From Candidatus Heimdallarchaeota archaeon (lineage in GTDB: Archaea > Asgardarchaeota > Heimdallarchaeia > JABLTI01), in contig DXJV01000073.1 of NCBI GenBank assembly GCA_019056785.1, positions 1,416 to 65,415 of the forward strand: 64,000 nucleotides of DNA. Reading direction: 5' to 3'. The notes under the pieces are model-generated. The model did not search any database. It was not told where the DNA came from and saw only the letters and a program-made list of their open reading frames with translations. Below are positions 44,019 through 53,460 of this stretch, one piece after another. The translations under genes were made by a program, and so were the position numbers. Positions within the stretch are counted from its first letter, which is position 1. Every line of letters begins with the position of its first letter.

Positions 44019-44705
44019 GTGGATGCGACACTTCTTCTCGCGCTGTTAAAACAAACAAAGGATCAGCCCTTTATTTTCCCTCAAGAACTCGAACATGTGG
44101 CAAGAAACAGCTCGAAAGTTAAAACATTTCTTAAAGAGCTTGCTGTCCAAGGTTTTTCTTTTATACCAACTATCGATGGGAATTTCCGTATTGAGCACGA
44201 AGAAAGGGCGCGATTGGTACTTCTCGGCGCAAAAAATGGGCTTGATTTTGACCTCCTGGTCAAACATCTAACCTGGCAAGAGTTCGAACTTTTAGTCACC
44301 ATTTTTGGCGATGAAGCCGGCTATAGCGCCACTACCGGATTGAATTTTTCCACGGGAGAGCGAAAGTACCAAATTGATGTTGTCTTGAAAAATAACCCCT
44401 ATGTCTTTTTAATTGATTGTAAACACTTTGGGGGGACAGGAAAGAAAGCACAATTGCGAGCTGCAGCCGAAGCTCAGCGGGCTCGTTGCATGGCAGTTCG
44501 GCAGCATTTTCTTACTCTTAAAACAAAACTTGCCATTGGCTCCTGGCAGAAGGTGGTGCTCCTCCCTATGCTTGTCACCTGGTTAGATGATGAAATCCGC
44601 TTTTATGAACATGTCCCCATTGTCCCTATAGCAAAACTGCGTTCTTTTTTCATGAACTTTTACGAGTTTTATGAGGACCTCTTTTGGCTCGAAATAAGGT
44701 CGTGA
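44019..44705 (+). CDS. Hypothetical protein with a PD-(D/E)xK (Mrr/restriction-endonuclease-like) core
   Basis: LTWQEFELLV...YQIDVV...VFLIDCKHF resembles the Mrr_cat/NERD-type nuclease motif arrangement. GTG start. Confidence 0.4.
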   Translation: MDATLLLALLKQTKDQPFIFPQELEHVARNSSKVKTFLKELAVQGFSFIPTIDGNFRIEHEERARLVLLGAKNGLDFDLLVKHLTWQEFELLVTIFGDEAGYSATTGLNFSTGERKYQIDVVLKNNPYVFLIDCKHFGGTGKKAQLRAAAEAQRARCMAVRQHFLTLKTKLAIGSWQKVVLLPMLVTWLDDEIRFYEHVPIVPIAKLRSFFMNFYEFYEDLFWLEIRS

Positions 44706-44960
44706 GAATGTTCTCTTTGCTCCAAAACAAACCTTTTTCTTCTAAAAAAGGATTTTTTAATGAAAAAAACGTGTCACTACCTATCTAGTAGCTTTATTAA
44801 TAAGTGATTCTTTATCTTATATACCGAACTAAACTATTAATAAAGAGCTTTACAATAGATTGGTACAATAACAAGTACCGGGAAAAGTAACTGGCTCATG
44901 CTACGAGAAAAAAAGACATGTGAGTTAGTACTTCCACACGCACAGCAATGAGGTTGAAAA

Positions 44961-46592
44961 ATGGCTGAAATGCAACCACCAAATATTGACGAGATTAAAA
45001 GGCAGTCAATTGTTCGTTTTCTTGCAGAAATGCAGGACTTGAAAGCGAAAGTCGAGTTAGAATTTGCATCGCGATTTGACGAGCAAAAGAATAACTTCTT
45101 GGCTGTTTCAAAATCGAGTTATACGCCCCAGGAGATTGGAGATATTTTTGATCGGATCAAAAATCTCGAGTTAGAGTTAATGAAACAAATCCTCACAGAC
45201 ACATCTGGAAATGGGAGTAAGATTCTGGGGAATACCCTTAGTAGCGCTTTAACCGGGAATTTGACTTTTAGTGGCGAAGCAACCGCACGCATTGCCGAAC
45301 TCGAACAAGAAAACAACCGCTTAAAAGCCCAGCTTATTGAAAAAGAAAAGGAGTTTGATGCGGAGAAAGCGCGCATTGCAGAGAAAGGAGAAGGACAGAT
45401 CGAAGAATTGAACCGACTCCAGGAATTAGTTGATGAGCAGAAACGGACAATTGAAATGTACGAAAAGCAAGTAATGGAACATGGTGAGGCTTTAGCCCAA
45501 CAACGAATTGAAATCGAAGAACTCCAAGGACAGATCGGTGAGTTGTCTCAGGAAAAGGAGCAGGTGGAAACCCTTCTAAAAGAAAAGGAAGAAACCCTCC
45601 AGGAACAGGAAAAAGAAATTACCGCACTCAAAGAGCAACTGACTGCAATGGAAAAACGTCTCTCCGAGGTTAGTGCCGTTAGTACTGAAAAACACGACGC
45701 TGAAATCGCTCGCTTAGAAGAAACATTAAAAATTGAACGCGCCCGTGCAGATGACCTTGCCGTGAAACTGAAAGAAGCAACCTCCGCTGTTGAGAATTAC
45801 AAGAAAGCTTTGAGCCAGAAAGACGTGGAAATTGACAAATTGAGGAAAACCATCACAGAGACAAAAGCAGAAATCGCCTCTGCAGAGACAGAAAAAGAAG
45901 CGAAGATTCGGGAACTCTTAGATGAGAAGAAAGCCAAAGAGCATGAACTTAACGATATTAAGAACTCTCTCGAACGGGCTGAACACAAAATTGACGCCTT
46001 AACTGGGGAATTAACTGAGAAACAACAGCTCATTGATGAACAAGCAAATGAGATTTCCAAACTCAAAAAACAACTTGCTGAGGTGGAGGACAGTTTGTCC
46101 TCGGAGAAGGCTTCCCAAGAGTCGCGCTTACAGGACTTATTGCGCGAGAAAACTAAATCAGAAGAAGAAATCAATGATTTGAACAAAAAGATTAGAGATC
46201 TACAAACGACGCTTGAAGAGAAAGAAAAGACTCTTACAGAAGTCACCAAAATGCAAGATGTCATTGAGAAGGATCGTGATGCTCTCCAAGAAGAACGCGA
46301 TAAAACCCTAGTTCAACTCGAGAACCTTCGGAAAGAAGTTGAAGAGCTGAAAGCCCAGGCCGAGCAAAAAGATACTTTAGTGAAAAATCTCACAAAATCC
46401 TTGCAAAGTATCCCTAAGTTCCGGCTCTTTTTAGCCATTCAAGACATTGGTGGCGATATTTCTATCAATGACCTGGCGAAAATTGTCGGGCAGTCGCCAG
46501 ATATAGTCGAGCATATTGTGAATGACTTGAAGAAAGATGGGCTTGTAAAAGTCAATAAGAAGGAAAACAAATTATTTGTCTCGAAAGTATAG
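44961..46592 (+). CDS. Long coiled-coil protein with a C-terminal winged-helix domain
   Basis: About 400 aa of E/K/L/Q heptad-rich sequence, then ISINDLAKIVGQSPDIVEHIVNDLKKDGLVKV (wHTH). Confidence 0.5.
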   Translation: MAEMQPPNIDEIKRQSIVRFLAEMQDLKAKVELEFASRFDEQKNNFLAVSKSSYTPQEIGDIFDRIKNLELELMKQILTDTSGNGSKILGNTLSSALTGNLTFSGEATARIAELEQENNRLKAQLIEKEKEFDAEKARIAEKGEGQIEELNRLQELVDEQKRTIEMYEKQVMEHGEALAQQRIEIEELQGQIGELSQEKEQVETLLKEKEETLQEQEKEITALKEQLTAMEKRLSEVSAVSTEKHDAEIARLEETLKIERARADDLAVKLKEATSAVENYKKALSQKDVEIDKLRKTITETKAEIASAETEKEAKIRELLDEKKAKEHELNDIKNSLERAEHKIDALTGELTEKQQLIDEQANEISKLKKQLAEVEDSLSSEKASQESRLQDLLREKTKSEEEINDLNKKIRDLQTTLEEKEKTLTEVTKMQDVIEKDRDALQEERDKTLVQLENLRKEVEELKAQAEQKDTLVKNLTKSLQSIPKFRLFLAIQDIGGDISINDLAKIVGQSPDIVEHIVNDLKKDGLVKVNKKENKLFVSKV

Positions 46593-46624
46593 CTTAATGC
46601 AAGTCCTTTCCTCGGAAGAAAAAA

Positions 46625-48709
46625 TTAACCTCCTTTTAAGGACTCATATCTATCAAAGGACATCTGCCAAAACGCTCGCCCTTCTGTTTCCGAGCGCAAG
46701 GCTTGATCAATGCCAAACGACTCAGCAACCGGTAAATTCCCAGTTATGATGAGAAGGTCTTGGTCAGTTCTTACATCAAGTACTGCCCCCTGTCGTTTAT
46801 TAAGGATAGCAGTCACTTTTCCGAGGTAGGAGGCCGGAATGGTTATTTGGATGCGATAAATGGGTTCCTGTATTGTTATCTTTCCTTTCCTTAACGCTTC
46901 CCAGACAGCATTTCTCATTGCGGGGACTGTGTGTTCGAACTTCTCGCTTCCTTCTACAGTGAACTCTTTTAAAATTACTCTGACCTCTGAAACGGGCTTG
47001 GAAGCAATAGGGCCAGAAGCGAGGGCATTTTCTGCCCCTAGCAAAATATTTTCTACAGCATCCTTTGAAAGCTGCTGGAAAAGAACAGCAGGAATAATGA
47101 TTTCATTTTGGTACTGTGGCAGTTTGACAATCTTGTCATTTTTTTCAGGCGATGTGGCAGAAGATGTATAAGGGATAGTGGCCGGTTCGACAGAAAGGCT
47201 AATGGTGGTACCAAACATTTCATATGTAACTATTCCACTGGGCTGTTCGATTTTTTCCACTAATACTACCAAAGGTTTGGATGCTGTACATCGGATCTCC
47301 TTTGAAAGTTCTTTAACCACTGTTTCAAGATGCAATTCTCCCAATCCCATCAATAAAATCTCTCCTGATTGATCATCAATACGAACAGAGAGGTTGGGGT
47401 CCTCGAGATCAAACCGTTCCAACAAATGTTTTAATTGTGGGAGGTCACGGAGCATTTCAGGTTCGATTGCCACTGTTACCACTGGATTTGCGAGATACTT
47501 TATCTCTTCGAAAGGAGTCATTTTAGTCGTTTTATTGTCAACAAGTGTCTCCCCTGGAGAAACTTTTCCTAACCCTGAGAGTGCTACTGTATTCCCAGCG
47601 GGGACTGCTACGACTCGTTTTTTCTCTTCGCCCATAAATACGTAAAGGTTTTGAACTTTCTTAACTTCGTTTGTATTTAGAAGCCTAACCGTCATTTTTT
47701 CCTTTAGTATGCCGGAGAATACTCTGCCAAGAACCAATAACCCCACATGGGGGTCCACTAAAAGTTTTGTAGTGCCAAAAACCATTGGAGCAGATTCGTC
47801 CTTTGAACATGCTACAAGTGCTTTGCCAATCGGGCTGTCTATAGCTCCCTTCCAAATTTTCCGCAGTCGGTATTTTTGGGCGCTAATGGGGTCAGGCAAA
47901 TGGTCAATTATCATATCAACCAAAGGTTCCTCTATCGGGAGCATTTGCTGGAGTGCTGCGATGTCATTTTCTTGATACAGCTTGTAAATTGTATCAAAAG
48001 TAATATTCTTTTCCTTCGCAAGTGGGACAGAAAGCGCCCAGCGATGAAGTGCAGAACCAAAAACCACACTCCCTTTTTTTGTTGAAACACGCCAAGCTGG
48101 TAATGAGGTTTTTTTGGAATATTGCTTTATCAAGAGGTTAAAATTAGTATAAATAATTTCAATGCGTTCAGCAATCTCTTTTGGCGGAAGTTTGAGTTCG
48201 TTTATTAGTCGGTCGATTTTATTGATAAAGAGGATCGGTTTAACGCCTTCTGTTATGCATTGGCGAATGACCGTTTCGGTTTGCGCCATTATTTGCTCTA
48301 CTGCATCCACAACAACAATTGCCCCATCAACAATGCGTAATGCACGAGCAACTTTCCCAGAAAAGTCGACATGCCCTGGGCTGTCAATAAGGTTAATAAG
48401 AAAGTCACTGTCGTTTTTCTTAATAATGAGGGAGATATTGGCTGTTTTCATAGTAATGCCCCGGCGTTGCTCTTCTGGTAGGAAGTCAAGCGCGCGGGCT
48501 TCTCCGGCGGTGGAAGGAGCAAGAATACCTGCAATGGCCAGCAGCGAATCTGATAAAGTGGTTTTTCCATGATCTATATGTGCTACTAAGGCAATGTTTC
48601 GGATGCGCTCTTGTTGCTCCATAAGAGAGCTTATTTGATCAATTAGCCGCATTTTTCTTTCCCAGCTTCTCTTTTTTCTATAGAGGGCAATAAGAACCTC
48701 AACCGCCAT
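46625..48709 (-). CDS. Elongation factor 2-type translational GTPase without a recognisable diphthamide motif (EF-2 paralog/variant)
   Basis: IRNIALVAHIDHGKTT, DSPGHVDF, NKIDR, and five-domain length. Domain IV reads KEFTVEGSEKFEHTVPAMRNA where aEF-2 has H.D.iHRG..Q. The likely true start is ATG 48652 (MRLIDQISSLMEQ...). Confidence 0.8.
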   Translation of the reverse strand: MAVEVLIALYRKKRSWERKMRLIDQISSLMEQQERIRNIALVAHIDHGKTTLSDSLLAIAGILAPSTAGEARALDFLPEEQRRGITMKTANISLIIKKNDSDFLINLIDSPGHVDFSGKVARALRIVDGAIVVVDAVEQIMAQTETVIRQCITEGVKPILFINKIDRLINELKLPPKEIAERIEIIYTNFNLLIKQYSKKTSLPAWRVSTKKGSVVFGSALHRWALSVPLAKEKNITFDTIYKLYQENDIAALQQMLPIEEPLVDMIIDHLPDPISAQKYRLRKIWKGAIDSPIGKALVACSKDESAPMVFGTTKLLVDPHVGLLVLGRVFSGILKEKMTVRLLNTNEVKKVQNLYVFMGEEKKRVVAVPAGNTVALSGLGKVSPGETLVDNKTTKMTPFEEIKYLANPVVTVAIEPEMLRDLPQLKHLLERFDLEDPNLSVRIDDQSGEILLMGLGELHLETVVKELSKEIRCTASKPLVVLVEKIEQPSGIVTYEMFGTTISLSVEPATIPYTSSATSPEKNDKIVKLPQYQNEIIIPAVLFQQLSKDAVENILLGAENALASGPIASKPVSEVRVILKEFTVEGSEKFEHTVPAMRNAVWEALRKGKITIQEPIYRIQITIPASYLGKVTAILNKRQGAVLDVRTDQDLLIITGNLPVAESFGIDQALRSETEGRAFWQMSFDRYESLKGG

Positions 48710-48971
48710 GTGCCAACGGCAAAATAGTTACTACTTGGTTTGGCTTTAAAGGCACATCAAAGAGGTGCAATCGTTTCGCATCTTTTTGGTCGACCATTAT
48801 CAATAGGTCTGCTCTGATAGCGTCGTCTTTAAACAGCAAGTTGGAAATATGAGGGTATTGTTTACAAACTTGCTGGAGTGCTTTTAGTAAGGTTGTCTGT
48901 TCTGGCAACTCGAGGGTGATTTTTTCTTTTTGATTAAATATCGATCCTTTAAAGTCGAAAGAGACATTCAT
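48699..48971 (-). CDS. Urm1/SAMP-type ubiquitin-related modifier ending in Gly-Gly
   Basis: 90 aa. ...ADLLIMVDQKDAKRLHLFDVPLKPNQVVTILPLAHGG-stop is collinear with the Urm1 C-terminal half (GILVLIND.DWEL......L.d.D.v.FiStLHGG). Confidence 0.65.
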   Translation of the reverse strand: MNVSFDFKGSIFNQKEKITLELPEQTTLLKALQQVCKQYPHISNLLFKDDAIRADLLIMVDQKDAKRLHLFDVPLKPNQVVTILPLAHGG

Positions 48972-49028
48972 GTTACGTTTCCCCTCGTTTCACCAACAGA
49001 AGAACAGCTAATTAAGTATTTCAGTCTC

Positions 49029-49304
49029 TTAGGAATTTGCGGCTTGAAAAATGACGGTAACCCAATCTTCCACGGTTATTCCTGGTGTTAAGAACTGTTG
49101 TTTAGAGTAAAAGGCAGCAATTACCTCTGACAGCGCTTCCTTGTTTATGGGCACCCCGATAAGGCTGTTTTCAAACTGTTCAAGAGAGTCTTCCGGGTAG
49201 ACAAAAAAATCCCCTGTAAGAGAGATCTGCTCAATTTTCCCCTCGCTTAAAAGGAGCTCAACTTCTATTACGCCTTTTTTTGTTCGTACTCTCGCTGTTT
49301 TCAA
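49029..49304 (-). CDS. Lipoate-protein ligase C-terminal domain protein (LplB-like)
   Basis: 91 aa. KKGVIEVELLLSEGKIEQISLTGDFFVYPEDSLEQFENSLIGVP matches the Lip_prot_lig_C pattern (GDFF). TTG start. Confidence 0.65.
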   Translation of the reverse strand: MKTARVRTKKGVIEVELLLSEGKIEQISLTGDFFVYPEDSLEQFENSLIGVPINKEALSEVIAAFYSKQQFLTPGITVEDWVTVIFQAANS

Positions 49305-49412
49305 TGAGGATTCACGCTCAAAAACTCTAGCCGTTTTTTATATAAATTAAAGCATAATAAAAGTGTTGATTGCTAAAAAGAAAAAGAGCTTAGCAAAGGG
49401 CAACAGCCCTTC

Positions 49413-49826
49413 TTACTTCTTTCCCGGCGAGACAAGTTCCATTAAGTGTGCTTCTATTTCCTTTAAGGAAGCAGTCAGCTCTGTTAAAGCAAGGCCCTTT
49501 TCGAGTAAGACTGTGACATTATCAATTGATTCTTCTGCCTCTTTTAATCGCTCGTCTCGTAATTTTGCCAATTCTTGAACAATGGGCTCTAAGTCGGCTT
49601 TGGTTAGCATAACTTTTGCCATTTGGTCAATTCGATCCTCTAAGGGGCTTAGGTCAACAGGCATCCCAGCTCCTGAAGAAACAGAGGGAACCTCAGCTGC
49701 GGCTGCACCGCTCTCATTTACTTTATTTAAAATTTGAATCAATTGAAAATTCAGCCTATCAATTTTACTTGATAATTCACTAACGGCATTTTTCAACTCT
49801 TTTACTTCTTGTTCGATTTTTGCCAT
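49413..49826 (-). CDS. Hypothetical coiled-coil protein
   Basis: Two heptad-rich helices separated by an Ala/Ser/Gly linker. Sits downstream of the T2SS-F-like gene. Confidence 0.4.
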   Translation of the reverse strand: MAKIEQEVKELKNAVSELSSKIDRLNFQLIQILNKVNESGAAAAEVPSVSSGAGMPVDLSPLEDRIDQMAKVMLTKADLEPIVQELAKLRDERLKEAEESIDNVTVLLEKGLALTELTASLKEIEAHLMELVSPGKK

Positions 49827-49862
49827 TGTTTTAACCTTTCCTTTTTTTATGCTACTTTTGGA

Positions 49863-50777
49863 TTAAAATCCACCGATGTTTATTGTCAAAAGGCGAAGCT
49901 CGATAAATATCTTGTAGGAGATCCACCCAACAAGAACCATAATTGTGGAATGTTTTAGGCCGGCGCTTGCTTTTCCTTCGCCCATTTTTCCTGCAACTAA
50001 TCCACTAAAAAGGCCTTCAATAATTGTCATATGCAAGAAAAGAATGGTATAAGAGGCCAAGATCTGCGGGGGAAGGCCCATGCTTTGTCCGCCAAAGCCC
50101 ACATCCTGAAACTCGAGATACATCTCTGACATCGGATAGAAGAATGTTTGGAATAAAACAACAATCACAAGGAGGAAGATAAAGAAAGCAGCATATATAA
50201 TCCAGATGTACGGTTTCATCTGTCCTAAACGCTCCTTCTTGAGGGCAAGTATGTCTTCTACATGCTTTTGTGCGGAATCAAAAATGTCTTCGATAACTCC
50301 TCCTGAGCGTTGCGCTTCTAGGATAAGGATTGCTGCTCGGTTATTTAGTTCTGTGTCAGCATAATTTGTGAAAGAACGCATCGCTTGATCAAACGGAATC
50401 CCCCAAGAGATTTTCGCGGCCATTTTCTTTAGCTCAGGGGTGAGTGGGCCATAGTTCCGCTTCGAAGATTCAGTTATTGCTCGTGGGAGTGAAAGGCCGG
50501 TCCTTTGGGCATCTGCAATATCACGCAACAAATTCGGTAAGTTTGAATCAATCCCTTCTCTCCAATGACTGTCGATATAAAATGCAATTGATGGAGGAGC
50601 GATTGCTATAAGAATGCCCAGGGCAATAAAGTCACTCGGGGTGATTGATTCGCCTAAGGAAAATACTTCTGCCCATATAAGCGCGGCAATTGTTCCCATA
50701 ACCAGACCTAATAAAATTGATACCACCCAGACAATTGTTTGAATTTTTTGTGGGACTTTTGGCAAATTATCACACAC
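49863..50777 (-). CDS. Type II secretion system F-domain membrane protein (archaeal type IV pilus platform, TadC/PilC/FlaJ-like, single domain)
   Basis: LLRDIADAQRTGLSLPRAITESS...PELKKMAAKISWGIPFDQAMRSF...ILEAQRSGG is flanked by TM helices. Confidence 0.7.
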   Translation of the reverse strand: MCDNLPKVPQKIQTIVWVVSILLGLVMGTIAALIWAEVFSLGESITPSDFIALGILIAIAPPSIAFYIDSHWREGIDSNLPNLLRDIADAQRTGLSLPRAITESSKRNYGPLTPELKKMAAKISWGIPFDQAMRSFTNYADTELNNRAAILILEAQRSGGVIEDIFDSAQKHVEDILALKKERLGQMKPYIWIIYAAFFIFLLVIVVLFQTFFYPMSEMYLEFQDVGFGGQSMGLPPQILASYTILFLHMTIIEGLFSGLVAGKMGEGKASAGLKHSTIMVLVGWISYKIFIELRLLTINIGGF

Positions 50778-51186
50778 CAGATTTATTTTCTATTTCTAAT
50801 TACTTTTCACGCAATTCTTTTTCCGAGAACGCTGAGACAAATTGTTCTCGTTCTTAAGATAGTTTCATATGATGGAACAATTTGACCCATCCGTTTGTTA
50901 TATTGAAAATCTATCTTTTTGGTATTATAATTTTACCATCATGGATTTTTAACTTTCCGCTATGACCGAAGTTCTTTTTAAAGGGTTTAAAAGCACTCGG
51001 TGGCTTTTCGAGGGCAGTACCTGAGCTTTTTTCCCAGCAAACGTCTGTTCCAATAAATAATTAAATACTCAAAGCAAAAATATTTTAGCAAAAAACAATC
51101 TCTTCTTTATAGAGATATCTTCTAACCCAAGATACTGGAGAGCAACAAAGACAAGCCGAGAAAAAACCATTGGAGAAACAATTGGT

Positions 51187-52278
51187 ATGATAAAACGGAT
51201 CTTTAAGAACAGACGGGGGCAAATCCAAGGAGTGGATTTTGCTCTTGCAATGATTGTTTTCATGATAATGTTTGCTGAAGTGATAGTACTTTCGCTCTCC
51301 TTCCTTGAGCCGAAATACCAAAACCTCGAGGATAGAGCCTTTGAATCTCGCGCAGAGGAAATTTCAGAAGCGTTCTTCGCAAGCGCGGGCTACCCCGAGA
51401 AATGGGAATATACCTATCCCGGAGCGCTTAATTCATTTGGTTTGCGCAAGATTGGTTCCACAGCTCTCGATGCTAACAAGCTTGCCCGTGTTGTTCCAAA
51501 CAGTCTCTATGAGCTTAATTATGAAGCTGTTAAGAGCTTGATTTCACGAGAAGAGGAGATTGGCTTTCAACTGCAACTTCGGAGTTTATTTGAAGTTACA
51601 GGTACATTTACCATGGCAATCCCTACCAGTTCGATTTCCGTGAGCACTTCAGAAACAGGGTGCAGCATCTGGGTTTTTGTTATAGGACCAACAAATGAAG
51701 TCATCTTCACACAACGAGCTGCAACAAATAGCTCCGGTGGTTTTGAGGTATCGTTTGCCACGAGTACTTTGCCAAACGGCTATTATACTCTTGTTGTTTT
51801 TGCTAAAAACTCCAAAGGGATTTTTGCCGTAGACTATGCCCAAGCTGTACGGGGCACTTATGTTGACCTTGCATTGAAAATGCTCATCCAGGAAGATAAA
51901 AATAGCAATGGACGTGCCATTATTCAAGCAAGTCATAATGGTTCAGCCACCTCACTCAGCGCGACGATTGTTTATCCTTACTTAATCGGCGGAGAAGCAA
52001 ATGCAAATGATTCAAAAACTATTGCCTCTCCTGCCCAGAATGAGATATTTAATTTGCGCCTGGTGACTAATGGCACGAGCGTCGTAATTCTCTCAGCCGA
52101 TTCATTGCTAGGGGCAGCAAGAACCGTAGGCATATACCCGGCACAACTGAACCAAAAGTTCGGCTCTTTTGGGGAGGTCCAACTCCCAGAGAACAAGCAA
52201 GTCGTCACTGTTGAGAAATTAGTGATAATTCGAGAATGTATTTTTAAGGCGGTGTTATATCTTTGGTCCGAAAGTTAA
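51187..52278 (+). CDS. Archaeal type IV pilin-like protein (class III signal peptide)
   Basis: N-terminus MIKRIFKNRRGQIQGVDFALAMIVFMIMFAEVIVLSL: a basic stretch, G/Q, then a hydrophobic helix. Confidence 0.55.
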   Translation: MIKRIFKNRRGQIQGVDFALAMIVFMIMFAEVIVLSLSFLEPKYQNLEDRAFESRAEEISEAFFASAGYPEKWEYTYPGALNSFGLRKIGSTALDANKLARVVPNSLYELNYEAVKSLISREEEIGFQLQLRSLFEVTGTFTMAIPTSSISVSTSETGCSIWVFVIGPTNEVIFTQRAATNSSGGFEVSFATSTLPNGYYTLVVFAKNSKGIFAVDYAQAVRGTYVDLALKMLIQEDKNSNGRAIIQASHNGSATSLSATIVYPYLIGGEANANDSKTIASPAQNEIFNLRLVTNGTSVVILSADSLLGAARTVGIYPAQLNQKFGSFGEVQLPENKQVVTVEKLVIIRECIFKAVLYLWSES

Positions 52279-52718
52279 TCAAAAAAACAACCCTGAAAAC
52301 AAAGAAAGGACAGCTCTTCCTCCTCGAAGTATTTATCGCATTATCAGTCCTTATCTTATTAATGATTGCTCTGTTTCAAGTAGAGCTTATTACCCAACCA
52401 AACTATCAAGAAAATCTTTCAACGTTGGGCTACAACACCTTGGATTCACTTAACGAAGCCGGAATTTTGAAGCCGCTGATTTATAATCAACAGATTACCG
52501 AGCTAAAAGAAAGTATAAATGGCGCTCTTCCAGAAACAGTCTTTTGGCGCCTTTCTGTAAGAGACAGTGCGGGAACCGTCTTATTTGACGTTTATTGGGA
52601 TAGAACGCCCCCTCTTGATTTGACTATTGGGGTAACCGACTACATTCTTTATGGAATGGCTGATGGACTGGATCAGTATCAAGTTCTTCATTTAGAATTA
52701 TGGCAACTTGTAGGGTGA
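52263..52718 (+). CDS. Archaeal type IV pilin-like protein (class III signal peptide)
   Basis: N-terminus ...KTKKGQLFLLEVFIALSVLILLMIALF. TTG start overlapping the upstream gene. Confidence 0.6.
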   Translation: MVRKLIKKTTLKTKKGQLFLLEVFIALSVLILLMIALFQVELITQPNYQENLSTLGYNTLDSLNEAGILKPLIYNQQITELKESINGALPETVFWRLSVRDSAGTVLFDVYWDRTPPLDLTIGVTDYILYGMADGLDQYQVLHLELWQLVG

Positions 52719-52726
52719 TATTAAAA

Positions 52727-53410
52727 ATGAAGCTTTTTAAAAAACTCTTAAAAGAAAAGAAAGGGGAGATCTTCCTCGTTTGCACTATAATTATAATTAT
52801 CTATATGCTCTCCTTCATTGGCATACTTTATGAACTCAATGTTAAACAATATAATAAGACCATTGAAGTGCAAGATTTTGAAGCTGCCTTTTCAAACTTC
52901 CAAACGGAGACCAACAATTTTGTCAAATCGTTACTGGCGAATTATTCCCAACCATTAACTATCATTGTAAGTAATGCAACGGCAGTACAACTGATGACAA
53001 ACTGGCTCACCTTTGCAGAACAGCAACTTGCTCTCCGCGGATATACCGCAGTTTTTGCTGTTGAGCAGACTGTAGAACCATTTCTACTTCGCAAAGCAAA
53101 TGGCTTCATTGGTTTGCAAGGCAGGATTAGCGTTTATCTTAGCTGCACGTATGAAACAATTGACACGCAATTTCGCTATAATATCAATTACACTTTGAGT
53201 TTTACCAATCAACCAACTTATGCGCTTATTGAGCTGATGGGGCATTCCACTTCAGGCGACTTTTACATTGGCTATGCAGAGGTAACAGTGAATGGTGGAG
53301 CAACAACCAGTTATTATAACGGCACATACTATTATTCGGCTCCCCTTGTTGCAACTGATACTATACAAGCAATCACAAACGAGCAAATAATTGTCACTTA
53401 TGTTGTCTAA
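52727..53410 (+). CDS. Archaeal type IV pilin-like protein (class III signal peptide)
   Basis: N-terminus MKLFKKLLKEKKGEIFLVCTIIIIIYMLSFIGIL. I chose ATG 52727 instead of the track start at 52700. Confidence 0.55.
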   Translation: MKLFKKLLKEKKGEIFLVCTIIIIIYMLSFIGILYELNVKQYNKTIEVQDFEAAFSNFQTETNNFVKSLLANYSQPLTIIVSNATAVQLMTNWLTFAEQQLALRGYTAVFAVEQTVEPFLLRKANGFIGLQGRISVYLSCTYETIDTQFRYNINYTLSFTNQPTYALIELMGHSTSGDFYIGYAEVTVNGGATTSYYNGTYYYSAPLVATDTIQAITNEQIIVTYVV

Positions 53411-53460
53411 GAAAAATGAAGAAAAACAAACATTTTCCCTTCTTCTGCCGGTGATATTAG

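Noticed and set aside
45797-46264. 155-aa minus-strand ORF inside the coiled-coil gene. Similar shadows occur at 30496..31029, 31984..32286 and 32560..32964 inside the SMC gene
   Set aside because: These are antisense frames of E/K/L-rich coiled-coil coding sequence, which are typically open by chance. The composition is Ser/Phe/Cys-rich.
50778-51186. Long (409 bp) spacer in the pilus locus as a possible degraded N-terminal half of a two-domain FlaJ/PilC gene
   Set aside because: The minus-strand translation upstream of 50777 is interrupted by several stops in all frames, and no T2SS-F-like sequence is visible. Only a short 6-bp inverted repeat (GAGAAC..GTTCTC) was seen.
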